From a bacterium (GTDB lineage Bacteria > Vulcanimicrobiota > Vulcanimicrobiia > Vulcanimicrobiales > SCRA01), in assembly GCA_004298665.1 (NCBI GenBank), contig SCQY01000356.1:17485-81484 (forward strand): a DNA stretch of 64,000 nucleotides, given 5' to 3'. Made by a program: the position numbers and the translations under genes. This document shows positions 9,101 to 18,148 of this stretch, one piece after another (position 1 is the stretch's first letter; every line of letters begins with the position of its first letter). The notes under the pieces are model-generated. The model saw nothing but the letters and a program-made list of their open reading frames with translations, did no database searches and was not told where the DNA came from.

Positions 9101-9763
9101 ATGAAAGCACTGAAGGATATCAAACTGAAATGTGTCGTCGCGTCCAGTCTGATTGGCCTGGGAAGCCTGATGTGTATGGCAGCGTATGGCCAAGCCAGCG
9201 TATTGCCTTTCGTCACCCACGCGTCATTTTTCTCTGCTGAAACGCATCAGAATCCCATACTGGATCCGCAGGTTTTCGTCGCTGAACCGTCGGCCACCGC
9301 GGGAGTCGGACCGCAGGGCATTAAGCACGTCGTGGGCGTGCGCAACGCACGTCCGTCTGATCCGCCGACCTTGCCGATTCTGAATGCTGCCGGCAAACCG
9401 CTAGGCATGTCGCTAGGCGCGTGGCTGGACGCTAACGGCGAAGCCGTCCTCACTCCTCAGGCGAATGGGCAAGAAAAGGTCACGGTAATCCTTTCGGACC
9501 TGAAGCCAGGCGGCCGCTACAGTCTCTTCGAGAATCACTTCGACCAGAAGCCGGTTGGATTCACGCCGCTGGATGGGACTGGTGAGGCAAACAGCTTCGT
9601 CGCTGATGCCAGCGGCAAGGCCGTCGTGACAACGATCGCCCCGGCACCGCTCACGCATGACAATGCCGTGCTCGTTGTCTATCACTCGGATGGCAGGTCG
9701 TACGGAAAGTCTCGCGGGGATATCGGTGTCAACGCACATCATCAACTGATCGCGCGGCCGTAG
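9101..9763 (+). CDS. Secreted hypothetical protein
   Basis: ATG 9101 gives MKALKDIKLKCVVASSLIGLGSLMCMAAYGQA (signal peptide). No family recognised. The longer ORF from 8942 is rejected. Confidence 0.55.
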   Translation: MKALKDIKLKCVVASSLIGLGSLMCMAAYGQASVLPFVTHASFFSAETHQNPILDPQVFVAEPSATAGVGPQGIKHVVGVRNARPSDPPTLPILNAAGKPLGMSLGAWLDANGEAVLTPQANGQEKVTVILSDLKPGGRYSLFENHFDQKPVGFTPLDGTGEANSFVADASGKAVVTTIAPAPLTHDNAVLVVYHSDGRSYGKSRGDIGVNAHHQLIARP

Positions 9764-9893
9764 TGGCTACGGTCGCGAATCGCGCCACGCGTCACTACGA
9801 GGGCTTGCAGCCCGATCGGGTGCCAAGTCTTCCCTTGCGCGCCGCAAGCCGACAGCGTGAACATGTCGTTGGCGCAGGTACCGTTGCTTTGTG

Positions 9894-10985
9894 TCAGTAG
9901 GCGGAGAACCGCCGCACAAACTGGCGGTCAATAAGGTCCTTCCACTTCCAGACCCACTCTCCCTGGAATGACCAGGGTCCCCAGGTGCCGATGGCGTGCC
10001 GGGTACCGGTCGATATGAGATAGAGCGCGCGGCGCTGAGGCCGGAAGCGGTGTAGGACGCCCGTTGTCATCACAGCCCGGATGTTGCGCGCCAGAACAGA
10101 GCCCTGACGGACCGCATAGACGCCTGATCGCGTAATCTTGTCGAAAGGCAGGGAGGCGCAGTCGCCCGCTGCCAGAACATCCGGGTGACTCAGTGAGCGC
10201 AGGCACGCGTCGACTTTCAGATAGCCGGCCGAATCCAGTTTCAGGCCGCTTCCGTGGAGCAAGTGCGGTGCTTGTGGACCAGTGGCGAGCACAACGAACG
10301 ATGTCGGGAAACGCCTGCCGGCCCGCGTCTCAACATGCGTTGCATCCACCCGGCGCACCTCATCGGTGATGACAGCCACATCACGATTTTGCAACGTGTG
10401 AAGCAGGCGTGCCCGAAGGGGGCGGGGATGGGAAGGGACCAGCCCGCTGCGGCCGACAAATGCCGTTATTTCGATACCCTGTCCGAGCCCGGCGCGGAGC
10501 GCGCAGGCTAATTCCACACTGCCCATGCCCCCGCCGACGACCGCGATCGGACCTGAGTCCCCTGTGCACACGAATCTCCGATAACGTTCTGCGAAAAGTT
10601 GAGCGGGACGAACCGGAACAACATACTCCGGTTCACACAGGATCGCATCAGTGCGGATGGCGGAGCCGATGTCGACGGCCAGCACGTCGTAGCTGATCGT
10701 GTTGCCGCCGCCCAGGCAGATACGCCTGTGGTTGGCATCGATTGAGCAGGCGGGAGTGTGCAGGAAATCCGCGCCTGCCGCTGCCGCCAGCTGGTCGAGT
10801 GGGATCTGACATTCGTCGAGCCGGTAGTGTCCGGCGACCCATCCCGGTAGCATGCCGGAGTAGATTTGCCCACACCAGGGGGATACCAGCGTAACTTTGC
10901 AGTCCTCTAGCGGATCGTGCGCCAGCGCTTCAAGCACGTGCAGGTTGGCATGTCCGCCGCCAAGCAATACCAGATGCTTGCTCAT
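9894..10985 (-). CDS. FAD-dependent pyridine nucleotide-disulfide oxidoreductase ('N-term-to-SelD' TIGR03169-like)
   Basis: LVLLGGGHANLHVLEAL...VTLVSP...YSGMLPGWVAGHY is the N-terminal signature I associate with TIGR03169. A second GGGMGSVE fold follows. Its start overlaps the upstream gene's stop (10982/10985). Confidence 0.7.
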   Translation of the reverse strand: MSKHLVLLGGGHANLHVLEALAHDPLEDCKVTLVSPWCGQIYSGMLPGWVAGHYRLDECQIPLDQLAAAAGADFLHTPACSIDANHRRICLGGGNTISYDVLAVDIGSAIRTDAILCEPEYVVPVRPAQLFAERYRRFVCTGDSGPIAVVGGGMGSVELACALRAGLGQGIEITAFVGRSGLVPSHPRPLRARLLHTLQNRDVAVITDEVRRVDATHVETRAGRRFPTSFVVLATGPQAPHLLHGSGLKLDSAGYLKVDACLRSLSHPDVLAAGDCASLPFDKITRSGVYAVRQGSVLARNIRAVMTTGVLHRFRPQRRALYLISTGTRHAIGTWGPWSFQGEWVWKWKDLIDRQFVRRFSAY

Positions 10986-11638
10986 CTGGGCTCGACACTG
11001 GGCTCACGGAGCGTGTTGTTCAGGCGCATGAGATCCTCAGGCCGGTCGACATCCCAAAGATCCGGCAGTTCGTGCCATGTCGCCGAGATCGCCTGCAGGC
11101 GATCTCGCGTGAGTGACATGACACGGTCTGTGCTCCACGGCATGTCGTCGAACAGCGCACCCAGGATCGTGTCGAGTCTGGTGTCCCCGGTGTGCGCGAC
11201 GCCAATCAGCACGTACCCGCCGTCCGCGGCCGGTATCACCGCGACTTCAGCGCCACTGTGCAACGCGGCTGAGACCTGTTCGAGATGGCGTGCTTCCAGA
11301 ACCGGGCAATCCGTCCCAATCAGTGCCACCGTTTCGGCATGCGGCAGCAGATGCAGCATAGCCTGTTTCATCCGTGCGCCGAGATCGCCGCCCTCCTGCT
11401 TTCTCAGTCCGATACCGAAGTCGTGACTTGCATCGAGGAGAGTCGGATGGGCGATTTCGCCGGCAATCCATAGCGATCGCGCGCAACTCGTTTGACACAC
11501 GGTTCGCAGGGTGTGCCTCAGCAGACGATGGTGCAGTTCTGCGGCTCCATCCGGCCCGATGGCTGGTATCAGCCGCGTTTTGACCTCGCCGGCCACGGGC
11601 GGTTTGGAAAAAATGGCAACGTGGTAAGTGGCGGACAT
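10982..11638 (-). CDS. DUF2064 / TIGR04282-like 'rSAM/selenodomain-associated transferase 1'
   Basis: MSATYHVAIFSKPPVAGEVKTRLIPAIG...LIGTDCP...GGYVLIG are typical DUF2064 strings. Internal ATG 11638 chosen within ORF 10982..11734. Confidence 0.7.
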   Translation of the reverse strand: MSATYHVAIFSKPPVAGEVKTRLIPAIGPDGAAELHHRLLRHTLRTVCQTSCARSLWIAGEIAHPTLLDASHDFGIGLRKQEGGDLGARMKQAMLHLLPHAETVALIGTDCPVLEARHLEQVSAALHSGAEVAVIPAADGGYVLIGVAHTGDTRLDTILGALFDDMPWSTDRVMSLTRDRLQAISATWHELPDLWDVDRPEDLMRLNNTLREPSVEPR

Positions 11639-11693
11639 TCTGGCCCTCAGGCTTCGGAGTTTTGGTGATGCTTCGATGGTCGCTTCACTGACG

Positions 11694-12413
11694 TTATCGA
11701 TACCATCGTGACAGGGTCGCTGGTGGTACTCCAATGACGTAAGCGAGCCTCAACCACCACATCAGCACGATGGTCCGGATCACGCCGTGCGTTTCCCACC
11801 GCCGGCCAGAAGTTATCGCTTGCGCATCCAGGCATAGCGGCAGAGACCTGCGACGCAGTTGCTTGCTCAATGCCACATCTTCCATGACAGGAATCTCGGG
11901 AAAGCCGTTTTCCAGCATGAAGACGTCCCGATAGCAGAAGATGGCCTGATCGCCGGTCGCGACGCCGGTCAGACGGGATCGAATGCAGATCATCTTTCCG
12001 ACAAGACCCAAAAGACGCGCACGCCCGCTGATCCGAACGTCAAATCTTCCCCAGAGATGGGACGGATCGCGCCGAAGCGCGTCCAGAATCAGCGAGTGCG
12101 CATCGGCAGGCAGTTCAGTGTCGGCGTGGAGAAAAAGCAGGACATTGCCGCTCGCGGCTCGTGCACCCGCATTCATTTGCATGGCGCGACCTCGGACAGA
12201 CCGGACCAGAACGTCGCAAAGCGGTCGCGCGAGTCCGACGGTGTCGTCAACGCTTCCGCCGTCCACGACGATCACTTCGAACCCGCGTGCCCGAAGCGAA
12301 GCGAGACGTCGCAGGCATGCCTCAATGATCGCTGCCTCGTTCAGCGTGGGGATGATCACGCTCAGTGTGGACGGCGCGGAGTCATGATCGGCTGGTGACA
12401 TGGCGCGGGTCAA
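11694..12413 (-). CDS. Family-2 glycosyltransferase (TIGR04283-like 'rSAM/selenodomain-associated transferase 2')
   Basis: [18 protein letters not shown]..., [12 protein letters not shown], and [10 protein letters not shown] (DxD-type). ATGA overlap with the upstream phosphorylase gene (12410-12413). Confidence 0.75.
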   Translation of the reverse strand: MTRAMSPADHDSAPSTLSVIIPTLNEAAIIEACLRRLASLRARGFEVIVVDGGSVDDTVGLARPLCDVLVRSVRGRAMQMNAGARAASGNVLLFLHADTELPADAHSLILDALRRDPSHLWGRFDVRISGRARLLGLVGKMICIRSRLTGVATGDQAIFCYRDVFMLENGFPEIPVMEDVALSKQLRRRSLPLCLDAQAITSGRRWETHGVIRTIVLMWWLRLAYVIGVPPATLSRWYR

Positions 12414-13285
12414 TTGTGGAGATACTTGCCGATGATCGCCGCCAGACGTTCGCGGGATGTCCCGCTGATCTGCGCCGGTGGTGTGACCAGCGCAGTGCGG
12501 AGCGCTTCATGGGCGGGCGAAACGGGGGCAGCTTCGGTGATCTGCGTAATGGCGTGGGCGAGAATTTTCCTGGCGTTCGATGCGTTGTGCTGCAGATTGG
12601 CAATGGCCATCTCAACCGTGACGCTTTCATGGGACGGGTGCCAGCAGTCGTAGTCAGTCACCAGTGCCAGTGTCGCATAAGCCATTTCGGCTTCGCGGGC
12701 GAGCTTGGCCTCCGGCAGATTCGTCATCCCGACGACGGCCGCGCCCCAGCTTCGATGCAGTGTCGCTTCGGCCAGCGTGGAGAATGCCGGACCTTCGATG
12801 CACACGTAGGTGCCGCCAAAGTGGAACGACACGTTCGGTGTTGCCAGCCGAATCGCATCCGCGAGGATCGTGCTTAGCGCCGGGCAGACCGGGTTTGCAA
12901 AAGCCACGTGCGCGACGACCCCGCCGCCGAAGAAGCTGGACTCACGCCTCTGCGTGCGATCGATAAACTGGTCAGGCAGCACGATGTCTCGTGGACGCAC
13001 CTCTTCTTTCAGTGAGCCGACTGCGGACACGGAGAGCAGGTATCTGACGCCGAGCTGCTTCAATGCATAGATGTTTGCCCGGTAGGGTACTTCGGATGGC
13101 ATCAGCGAGTGATTCCGGCCATGTCTTGCCAGGAAGGCGACCCGGGCATTTCGGAGCCTTCCCACCATGATCGTGTCGGACGGCGCGCCAAAAGGCGTGC
13201 TGATCCCGGTCTCCCGTACGTCGGTCAACTCGTCCATCTGGTAGAGCCCACTGCCGCCAACGATACCAATCGTTGCCTCATTCAT
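12410..13285 (-). CDS. mtnP: S-methyl-5'-thioadenosine phosphorylase (purine nucleoside phosphorylase family 2)
   Basis: [10 protein letters not shown]...FLARHGRNH...[18 protein letters not shown]...[31 protein letters not shown] is a classical MTAP sequence. Confidence 0.85.
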   Translation of the reverse strand: MNEATIGIVGGSGLYQMDELTDVRETGISTPFGAPSDTIMVGRLRNARVAFLARHGRNHSLMPSEVPYRANIYALKQLGVRYLLSVSAVGSLKEEVRPRDIVLPDQFIDRTQRRESSFFGGGVVAHVAFANPVCPALSTILADAIRLATPNVSFHFGGTYVCIEGPAFSTLAEATLHRSWGAAVVGMTNLPEAKLAREAEMAYATLALVTDYDCWHPSHESVTVEMAIANLQHNASNARKILAHAITQITEAAPVSPAHEALRTALVTPPAQISGTSRERLAAIIGKYLHN

Positions 13286-13369
13286 TCGTCATCTCCAGTC
13301 GTGGAACGTCGTGCGCTGCTTCGGGTGAGCGCAGCGAGCCGAGTGTATGGACCGCGGGAGTCACTGCGC

Positions 13370-14098
13370 TCAGGCTACGCGGCATGAGCCGCGCAGGGCT
13401 GCGTCAACGTCAGCGGCAAATGACAAAGCTGCGGCGGATAGCACCTCGATCGAGTGATCTTGGGTGATTCGGTGATCCTGGCCGTTCGCGGCGATGAGCC
13501 TGCGAATGCGCTGATCGCGGGCGTCGATCAGGTCCCGGATTTCGGTCTCGTACAGGGTGAAGAAAGATGCAAGCCAGTCGGCCACGAGACGTGGCCCGGC
13601 GCGATCGACCCGGAAAGCCTGCGCGAGGCTCGCGATGCTCTCGCCGGTGCACCATCGGTCCCCTGTCACCCATTGATTCACCGTAAAGATTTCGAAGGGA
13701 AGTCCATGCGCGTCGACGGAAATGGCGACAAGGTGCACAGTTGTATCGTCCTGTTCACACACTTGCGGGACGTTGTCAGTGGCGGGCATGAACCAATCCT
13801 GAACCGGACGGGCTTTGTGGTCGAGGCGCGCGAACGTGTGGAAATGACCGTTCTCCCGGACGCCGGGCCGGTCGTCTGGACTGTGGGCATGATAGTAGTA
13901 CTGAAAGCCTGAGTGTTCGTCGACGTGGTCCGGCGACGGATACCGGCCCCAGTGTTCGAAGGTCTGGTTACCGACGACGCGCTGCAGGAGGTTCTCGTTG
14001 CGCTTCGCAAGTTCTTCGTAACAGTGAATCAGTCGCGTAGCGGCTTCCTGACGTCTCTCGTTGGCTGTTTCAAGTGCGTGATCCACGCTTGCCTCCAT
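13370..14098 (-). CDS. Conserved hypothetical protein (His-rich core YYYHAHSPDD...NGHFHTF)
   Basis: 242-aa ORF, co-directional and tightly spaced within the array. No family assigned with confidence. Confidence 0.55.
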   Translation of the reverse strand: MEASVDHALETANERRQEAATRLIHCYEELAKRNENLLQRVVGNQTFEHWGRYPSPDHVDEHSGFQYYYHAHSPDDRPGVRENGHFHTFARLDHKARPVQDWFMPATDNVPQVCEQDDTTVHLVAISVDAHGLPFEIFTVNQWVTGDRWCTGESIASLAQAFRVDRAGPRLVADWLASFFTLYETEIRDLIDARDQRIRRLIAANGQDHRITQDHSIEVLSAAALSFAADVDAALRGSCRVA

Positions 14099-14200
14099 CC
14101 ATTTCCCGCGCCGCTCGGCGGCATGACGGGGAGCGTATCGCCCGCCGCGAAGCCGGACCGTGTCGCAACTGCAAAACAGCCCGGTCCTACCAGCGCTATG

Positions 14201-14407
14201 TTATTTGGCGCCGCATTTCGCACCGCACTTGGCACCGCATTTCGCACCACACTTCGCAGCGCATTTGGCGCCGCATTTTGCACCACACTTTGCTCCACAT
14301 TTCGACATGGTTGCGGCGGTTGTGCCGCTAGCGGCAGCTGCCGGGAACGCGACCGTTGCGGCGGTCAATGCTGCGATCGACAGGGCGACCATCGAGGACT
14401 TCTTCAT
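14201..14407 (-). CDS. Secreted Cys/Lys-repeat peptide: signal peptide + (K-C-G/A-A)x8
   Basis: aaggagag lies 6 nt upstream of ATG 14407. Product is MKKSSMVALSIAALTAATVAFPAAAASGTTAATMSKCGAKCGAKCGAKCAAKCGAKCGAKCGAKCGAK*. The signal peptide has no lipobox. Eight Cys residues at exact i,i+4 spacing. Confidence 0.7.
   Translation of the reverse strand: MKKSSMVALSIAALTAATVAFPAAAASGTTAATMSKCGAKCGAKCGAKCAAKCGAKCGAKCGAKCGAK
14204..14302 (-). repeat. Eight imperfect 12-bp tandem repeats encoding K-C-G-A
   Basis: Plus strand reads ttggcgccgcat/ttcgcaccgcac/ttggcaccgcat/ttcgcaccacac/ttcgcagcgcat/ttggcgccgcat/tttgcaccacac/tttgctccacat. The differences are synonymous apart from one G->A residue change. 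Confidence 0.9.
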
Positions 14408-14521
14408 TGTGCTCTCCTTGGACATTTTGGATGTATTGGGATGTTTCCCATTGATTAGTCGTTGGAGGCCATGAACTTTTACGGAAATATTGCCTGTGAG
14501 TCGGGTGACGCTGAACGTGGT

Positions 14522-15901
14522 TCAGTTGACCATCGCTTCGAGCGACGTACCTTTTCCTTCGACCCCACGGAAGTACCACGGAATCATCGCGATCGCGCCA
14601 ATCAACCAGAAGAGCGCGAGGACGAGCAACGCGGGCACCATTCCCGCTGAATCTGCAATGGCCGTAAGCAGCAGGGGGGCGGTGAACGCACCGATCCGGC
14701 CGATGGCAACCGAGATACCGATGCCCGTCGATCGCAGATGGGTGGGGAATATCTCGGAAAACGTCGGATAGGCGGAAATCCAGGCGCCCGTTGCGAACAG
14801 GTTTGCAAGGGTGAAAGCTGCGAGGACCCAGCGCCAGTCGTGCGTCGCGGTGGCTGCCGCCATGAGCAGTACACCGATGGCTGCGAGTACGTACGACGCG
14901 GGCACGGTGATCTTGCGTCCAGCGCTGTCGAGTAGCCACGCCACGATGACACCGCCAATGAACGCTCCCACGTTGCCGATTAGATAGAACCATGGCACGA
15001 AGGTGGGCTCGACGTGGACAGCCGGAAGAATGAACAGGGCTAGAAAAGCAAATAGTCCGTAGTATCCGGCGGCCTCGGAGAAATCGAGCGCGCAACCGAG
15101 GGCCAATCGTCCGGGGTAGAGTCGTACAAGATCGCGCGACTGACTCCAGAAGCCTGGGCGTGTTGCTCCGTCCTGGCCTGGCACGACTGCCCGCGATCTC
15201 GCAGCCGGCGTTTTCGTAAAGCGGGCATGTTCGATGTCGTCAACGACAGCTGCCGCTGCCTGCGCGTCACCGTGTGCGAGCAGCCAGCGGGGAGATTCCG
15301 GTATATAGCGGCGCGCCAGCGCGGCAGCGATAGCCACGACAGCGCCGAATCCGAAGGCCGCACGCCACCCGTAGGCCGGCGGCAACTGGTTAATCAGCAA
15401 CAATGTCACAAGGGCCGCGAGAATGCCGCCGGCTGACCAGAAGTTCATCACGGTCGCGTTGGTCTTCCCCCGATGCCGCGCGGGAATGAATTCGCTGATC
15501 GCGGCATTGATCGCCGCGTATTCCGCTCCGACGCCGATCGCCGTCACGAGGCGAAGAATCATGAGCGACGGGTAGTCCCAGGCGAAGGCGGTGAGAAAGG
15601 TAAATGTGCCATACAGCAGCAGCGTGGCAAGAAACAATCGCTTGCGGCCATAACGGTCGGCCAGGTATCCGAACCCGTACGCGCCGATCATGATGCCGAC
15701 GAACCAGATACTGAGGACCCAGGAGGCCTGGAGGTTACTCAGGTGCCACAGATCTTTGAAGACCGAAATGACGTTGTTGACGATCGTGACCTCGAACGCA
15801 TCCAGCAGCCATCCAACGCCTAAGGCTATCGTGATGGCTGTGTGAACGCGGTTCCACGCGATTCCGTCCAGCCTGTGCAAGAGATGCATGCGCGTGTTCA
15901 T
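14522..15901 (-). CDS. MFS transporter (metabolite/sugar:H+ symporter-like, 12 TM)
   Basis: 459 aa. GYLADRYGRKRLF (MFS motif A), with a second-half repeat LLDSAGRKITV. Confidence 0.85.
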   Translation of the reverse strand: MNTRMHLLHRLDGIAWNRVHTAITIALGVGWLLDAFEVTIVNNVISVFKDLWHLSNLQASWVLSIWFVGIMIGAYGFGYLADRYGRKRLFLATLLLYGTFTFLTAFAWDYPSLMILRLVTAIGVGAEYAAINAAISEFIPARHRGKTNATVMNFWSAGGILAALVTLLLINQLPPAYGWRAAFGFGAVVAIAAALARRYIPESPRWLLAHGDAQAAAAVVDDIEHARFTKTPAARSRAVVPGQDGATRPGFWSQSRDLVRLYPGRLALGCALDFSEAAGYYGLFAFLALFILPAVHVEPTFVPWFYLIGNVGAFIGGVIVAWLLDSAGRKITVPASYVLAAIGVLLMAAATATHDWRWVLAAFTLANLFATGAWISAYPTFSEIFPTHLRSTGIGISVAIGRIGAFTAPLLLTAIADSAGMVPALLVLALFWLIGAIAMIPWYFRGVEGKGTSLEAMVN

Positions 15902-15986
15902 TTGGGTTATTCCCGGGTCGTAGGTGGCGCCCGGCGCAGGCGTCTGCCGTTACACCGGATGCTGATAGAAATCACCTTGCTTTACG

Positions 15987-16187
15987 TCAGCCCTTCGTTT
16001 CGTCGATATGACGGCCTGGCGTAGCCGCGTCCTTGCACACGTACCGCAGGAAGCGGATATTGCTGCGATAGTTCCGGCAGGCGCTGCACATCATGATGTG
16101 CAACCCCATGTCGAGTCTTTCCTTGAGAGTGAGGCTGTCGTCGACTTCTTTGGATACCAGTTCGGTTGTTTCCTTACACGTCAACAT
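15987..16187 (-). CDS. zf-HC2 anti-sigma factor (small, cytoplasmic)
   Basis: 66 aa. MLTCKETTELVSKEVDDSLTLKERLDMGLHIMMCSACRNY has the H..(x3)C..C motif. 7-nt overlap with the sigma gene's stop. Confidence 0.65.
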   Translation of the reverse strand: MLTCKETTELVSKEVDDSLTLKERLDMGLHIMMCSACRNYRSNIRFLRYVCKDAATPGRHIDETKG

Positions 16188-16774
16188 TTTCGGGAACCCC
16201 GCTCATCGAACCATCGAGTCTGAAGACACACACGCAACGCCATGCGCGCGCGGTGCAGTATTACGCCGCAATTGGACTTGCTGATCGCCAGTTCGGCGGC
16301 CACCTCATCCGGCTCCAGATCCAGGAACTCGCGCATCATGAATACCCGTGCGGTAGCGGGCGGGAGCCTGTCCAGACACAGCTTGAGCACGATCCAGAAC
16401 TGTTGCTGCACCAGCGTCGCCTCAGGATCGCCCCAGAACGCCGGTCGATCATCAGCGCTCCAGCGATCCCGTTCGTCGAAAAGCCCGTCAAAGCTGTCCG
16501 CGGGTAACTCATCGACGTCGCCCTCCGCGGGCCGGAAGCGGCTGCGGGAACGCAGGATGTCCACGATCTTGTTCTTCAGGATCGCAAACACCCAGGTACT
16601 CAGTTGGGCCTGCCCGCGGAATTCATTGATCTTGCTCATCGCGGCGAGCATCGCTTCCTGCACAGCATCCTCCGCCGAGGCGTGGTCGCGCAGTTGCAGG
16701 GTGGCAAAACGAAGCAGATCCCCGCGCAATCGGGCGAGGTCCTCGTGGGAAGCATTTGCGCTCACGTCGCTCAT
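16181..16774 (-). CDS. ECF-type RNA polymerase sigma-70 factor
   Basis: Start MSDVS (16774) chosen. Region 2 is AEDAVQEAMLAAMSKINEFRGQAQLSTWVFAILKNKIVDILR. Region 4 is LPPATARVFMMREFLDLEPDEVAAELAISKSNCGVILHRARMALR. The 335-aa ORF extension overlaps ccdA and is rejected. Confidence 0.85.
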   Translation of the reverse strand: MSDVSANASHEDLARLRGDLLRFATLQLRDHASAEDAVQEAMLAAMSKINEFRGQAQLSTWVFAILKNKIVDILRSRSRFRPAEGDVDELPADSFDGLFDERDRWSADDRPAFWGDPEATLVQQQFWIVLKLCLDRLPPATARVFMMREFLDLEPDEVAAELAISKSNCGVILHRARMALRVCLQTRWFDERGSRKC

Positions 16775-16872
16775 TGTTGACGTCGCCCGGCTGTGGCAGG
16801 TATGCGTCGCGACTGCCCACATCGTGTACGTGCGCGACTTTGAGTCAATCGCCCCACATTCGTCTCCGTGTT

Positions 16873-17619
16873 CTAAAGTGATGTCGTGAGTTGGGTTAGC
16901 CATGCAGGGGTGTTCGAGACGATCGCGGCTTGCACCGCCTTGTCCGCACCGGTCAGCACAAGCGCGCCGATGACAACGAAAAGTCCCCCGAGCACGCTGC
17001 GCCCAGCTGCGCCCACCCGGCCCAGCCGGATGCGCATCTTCGTCAGGGACGCGCGCGACACCGAGCCTAGCAGCAGCAACGGCAGGGCAGCACCGACGCC
17101 AAACACGGCCATCAGCGCCGCGATATGACCCAGACTTCTTCCCTGAGACGCGAGCGTCGATGCAGCGCCTAATGTCGGTCCCACGCAAGGACTCCAGACG
17201 ACACCCAGAAGCAATCCAACGGCAAACTGCCCGAGCAGGCCCTCGCCCTTGATCCTGGCCAAGATACCTTGCCCGGCGACACCGAGCACCGCTGTGGTGC
17301 GCGCAAATGTCCGCTGCAACGCCGCAAACACCATCACCAGCCCGAAGACCACCATCAGTGCGGCAGCGACGTACCTGAACGTATCGTCAGTCAGGCCAAG
17401 TGCCGCTCCGAGCGTCGCCATGAGAATGCCCACGGCGGCAAAAGAGACGCTCAGACCGCCTGCCAGCGCGACCGGTCCATAACGGTGGGCGGACACCGCA
17501 GACGCTGCGAGAATGGGCACGAGGGGCAGGACGCAGGGCGACACTGTCGACAGTGCACCCGCGGCCAGGCCCAACCCGTACGTACCGGGTCCGAAATCGA
17601 TCACAGCGCCTTCTCCCAA
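16873..17619 (-). CDS. ccdA: CcdA/DsbD-type thiol:disulfide electron-transfer membrane protein
   Basis: 248 aa with 6-8 TM segments. Conserved membrane Cys residues in LSTVSPCVLPLVPIL and GVVWSPCVGPTLG. Confidence 0.8.
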   Translation of the reverse strand: MGEGAVIDFGPGTYGLGLAAGALSTVSPCVLPLVPILAASAVSAHRYGPVALAGGLSVSFAAVGILMATLGAALGLTDDTFRYVAAALMVVFGLVMVFAALQRTFARTTAVLGVAGQGILARIKGEGLLGQFAVGLLLGVVWSPCVGPTLGAASTLASQGRSLGHIAALMAVFGVGAALPLLLLGSVSRASLTKMRIRLGRVGAAGRSVLGGLFVVIGALVLTGADKAVQAAIVSNTPAWLTQLTTSL

Positions 17620-17987
17620 GTATCGCGGATATCCTGCTCGTCGGTCTGCCCAGTCGACCGCGTCACCTCATGGCCGCCCTTGAACACAACAAAGGTGGAC
17701 TGATAGTTCACCCGCAGTGCCTTCTTCAGTGCCGCTTCCTTGTCGTAGTCGGCGACGAAAACGGTGACGTTCTTCATTTCCGGGGCCGCGGCGAGGCGGT
17801 CGACAATGGGTTGCTGCGCGCGGCAGGTGGGGCACCAGTCCGCGTGGAAATACACGACCGTCGGCTTGCCCTGTGCCAGCGCCTTGTCAAAAAGCGCCTG
17901 GTCGAACGGGCGTTCCCCCGCGAATGCGGTTGCCGCGGAGCCCAGAAAAGCCAACATCATCAGGCCTTTAAAAAGCATCTTGAGCAT
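17601..17987 (-). CDS. Periplasmic thioredoxin-family protein
   Basis: Signal peptide MLKMLFKGLMMLAFLGSAATAFA, then the WCPTC active site (YFHADWCPTCRAQ). 19-nt overlap with ccdA. Confidence 0.8.
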   Translation of the reverse strand: MLKMLFKGLMMLAFLGSAATAFAGERPFDQALFDKALAQGKPTVVYFHADWCPTCRAQQPIVDRLAAAPEMKNVTVFVADYDKEAALKKALRVNYQSTFVVFKGGHEVTRSTGQTDEQDIRDTWEKAL

Positions 17988-18148
17988 TATGTTCCCCGAT
18001 CACGGTTTCGATGCACATCCTTTAGTCGTCGCAGCGCGCAAATTTTTACAGCTATTCGCATGGGCTGTCCTGCGTGCAAGGTGAAAGTACAGGCTCCGCA
18101 GGCTGCGGTGTCGCCGGGCATATGGCTTGAAGCTGGGACTCGCCAGCC

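Noticed and set aside
14204-14302. 12-bp tandem repeats as a possible CRISPR or minisatellite
   Set aside because: There are no spacers. The repeats are contiguous, in frame, and preceded by an RBS and signal peptide, so this is a coding tandem repeat.
16775-17188. N-terminal extension of the ECF sigma ORF (335 aa total)
   Set aside because: The extension overlaps the 3' end of ccdA, is R/G/A-rich, and sigma-70 region 2 begins right after the internal Met at 16774.
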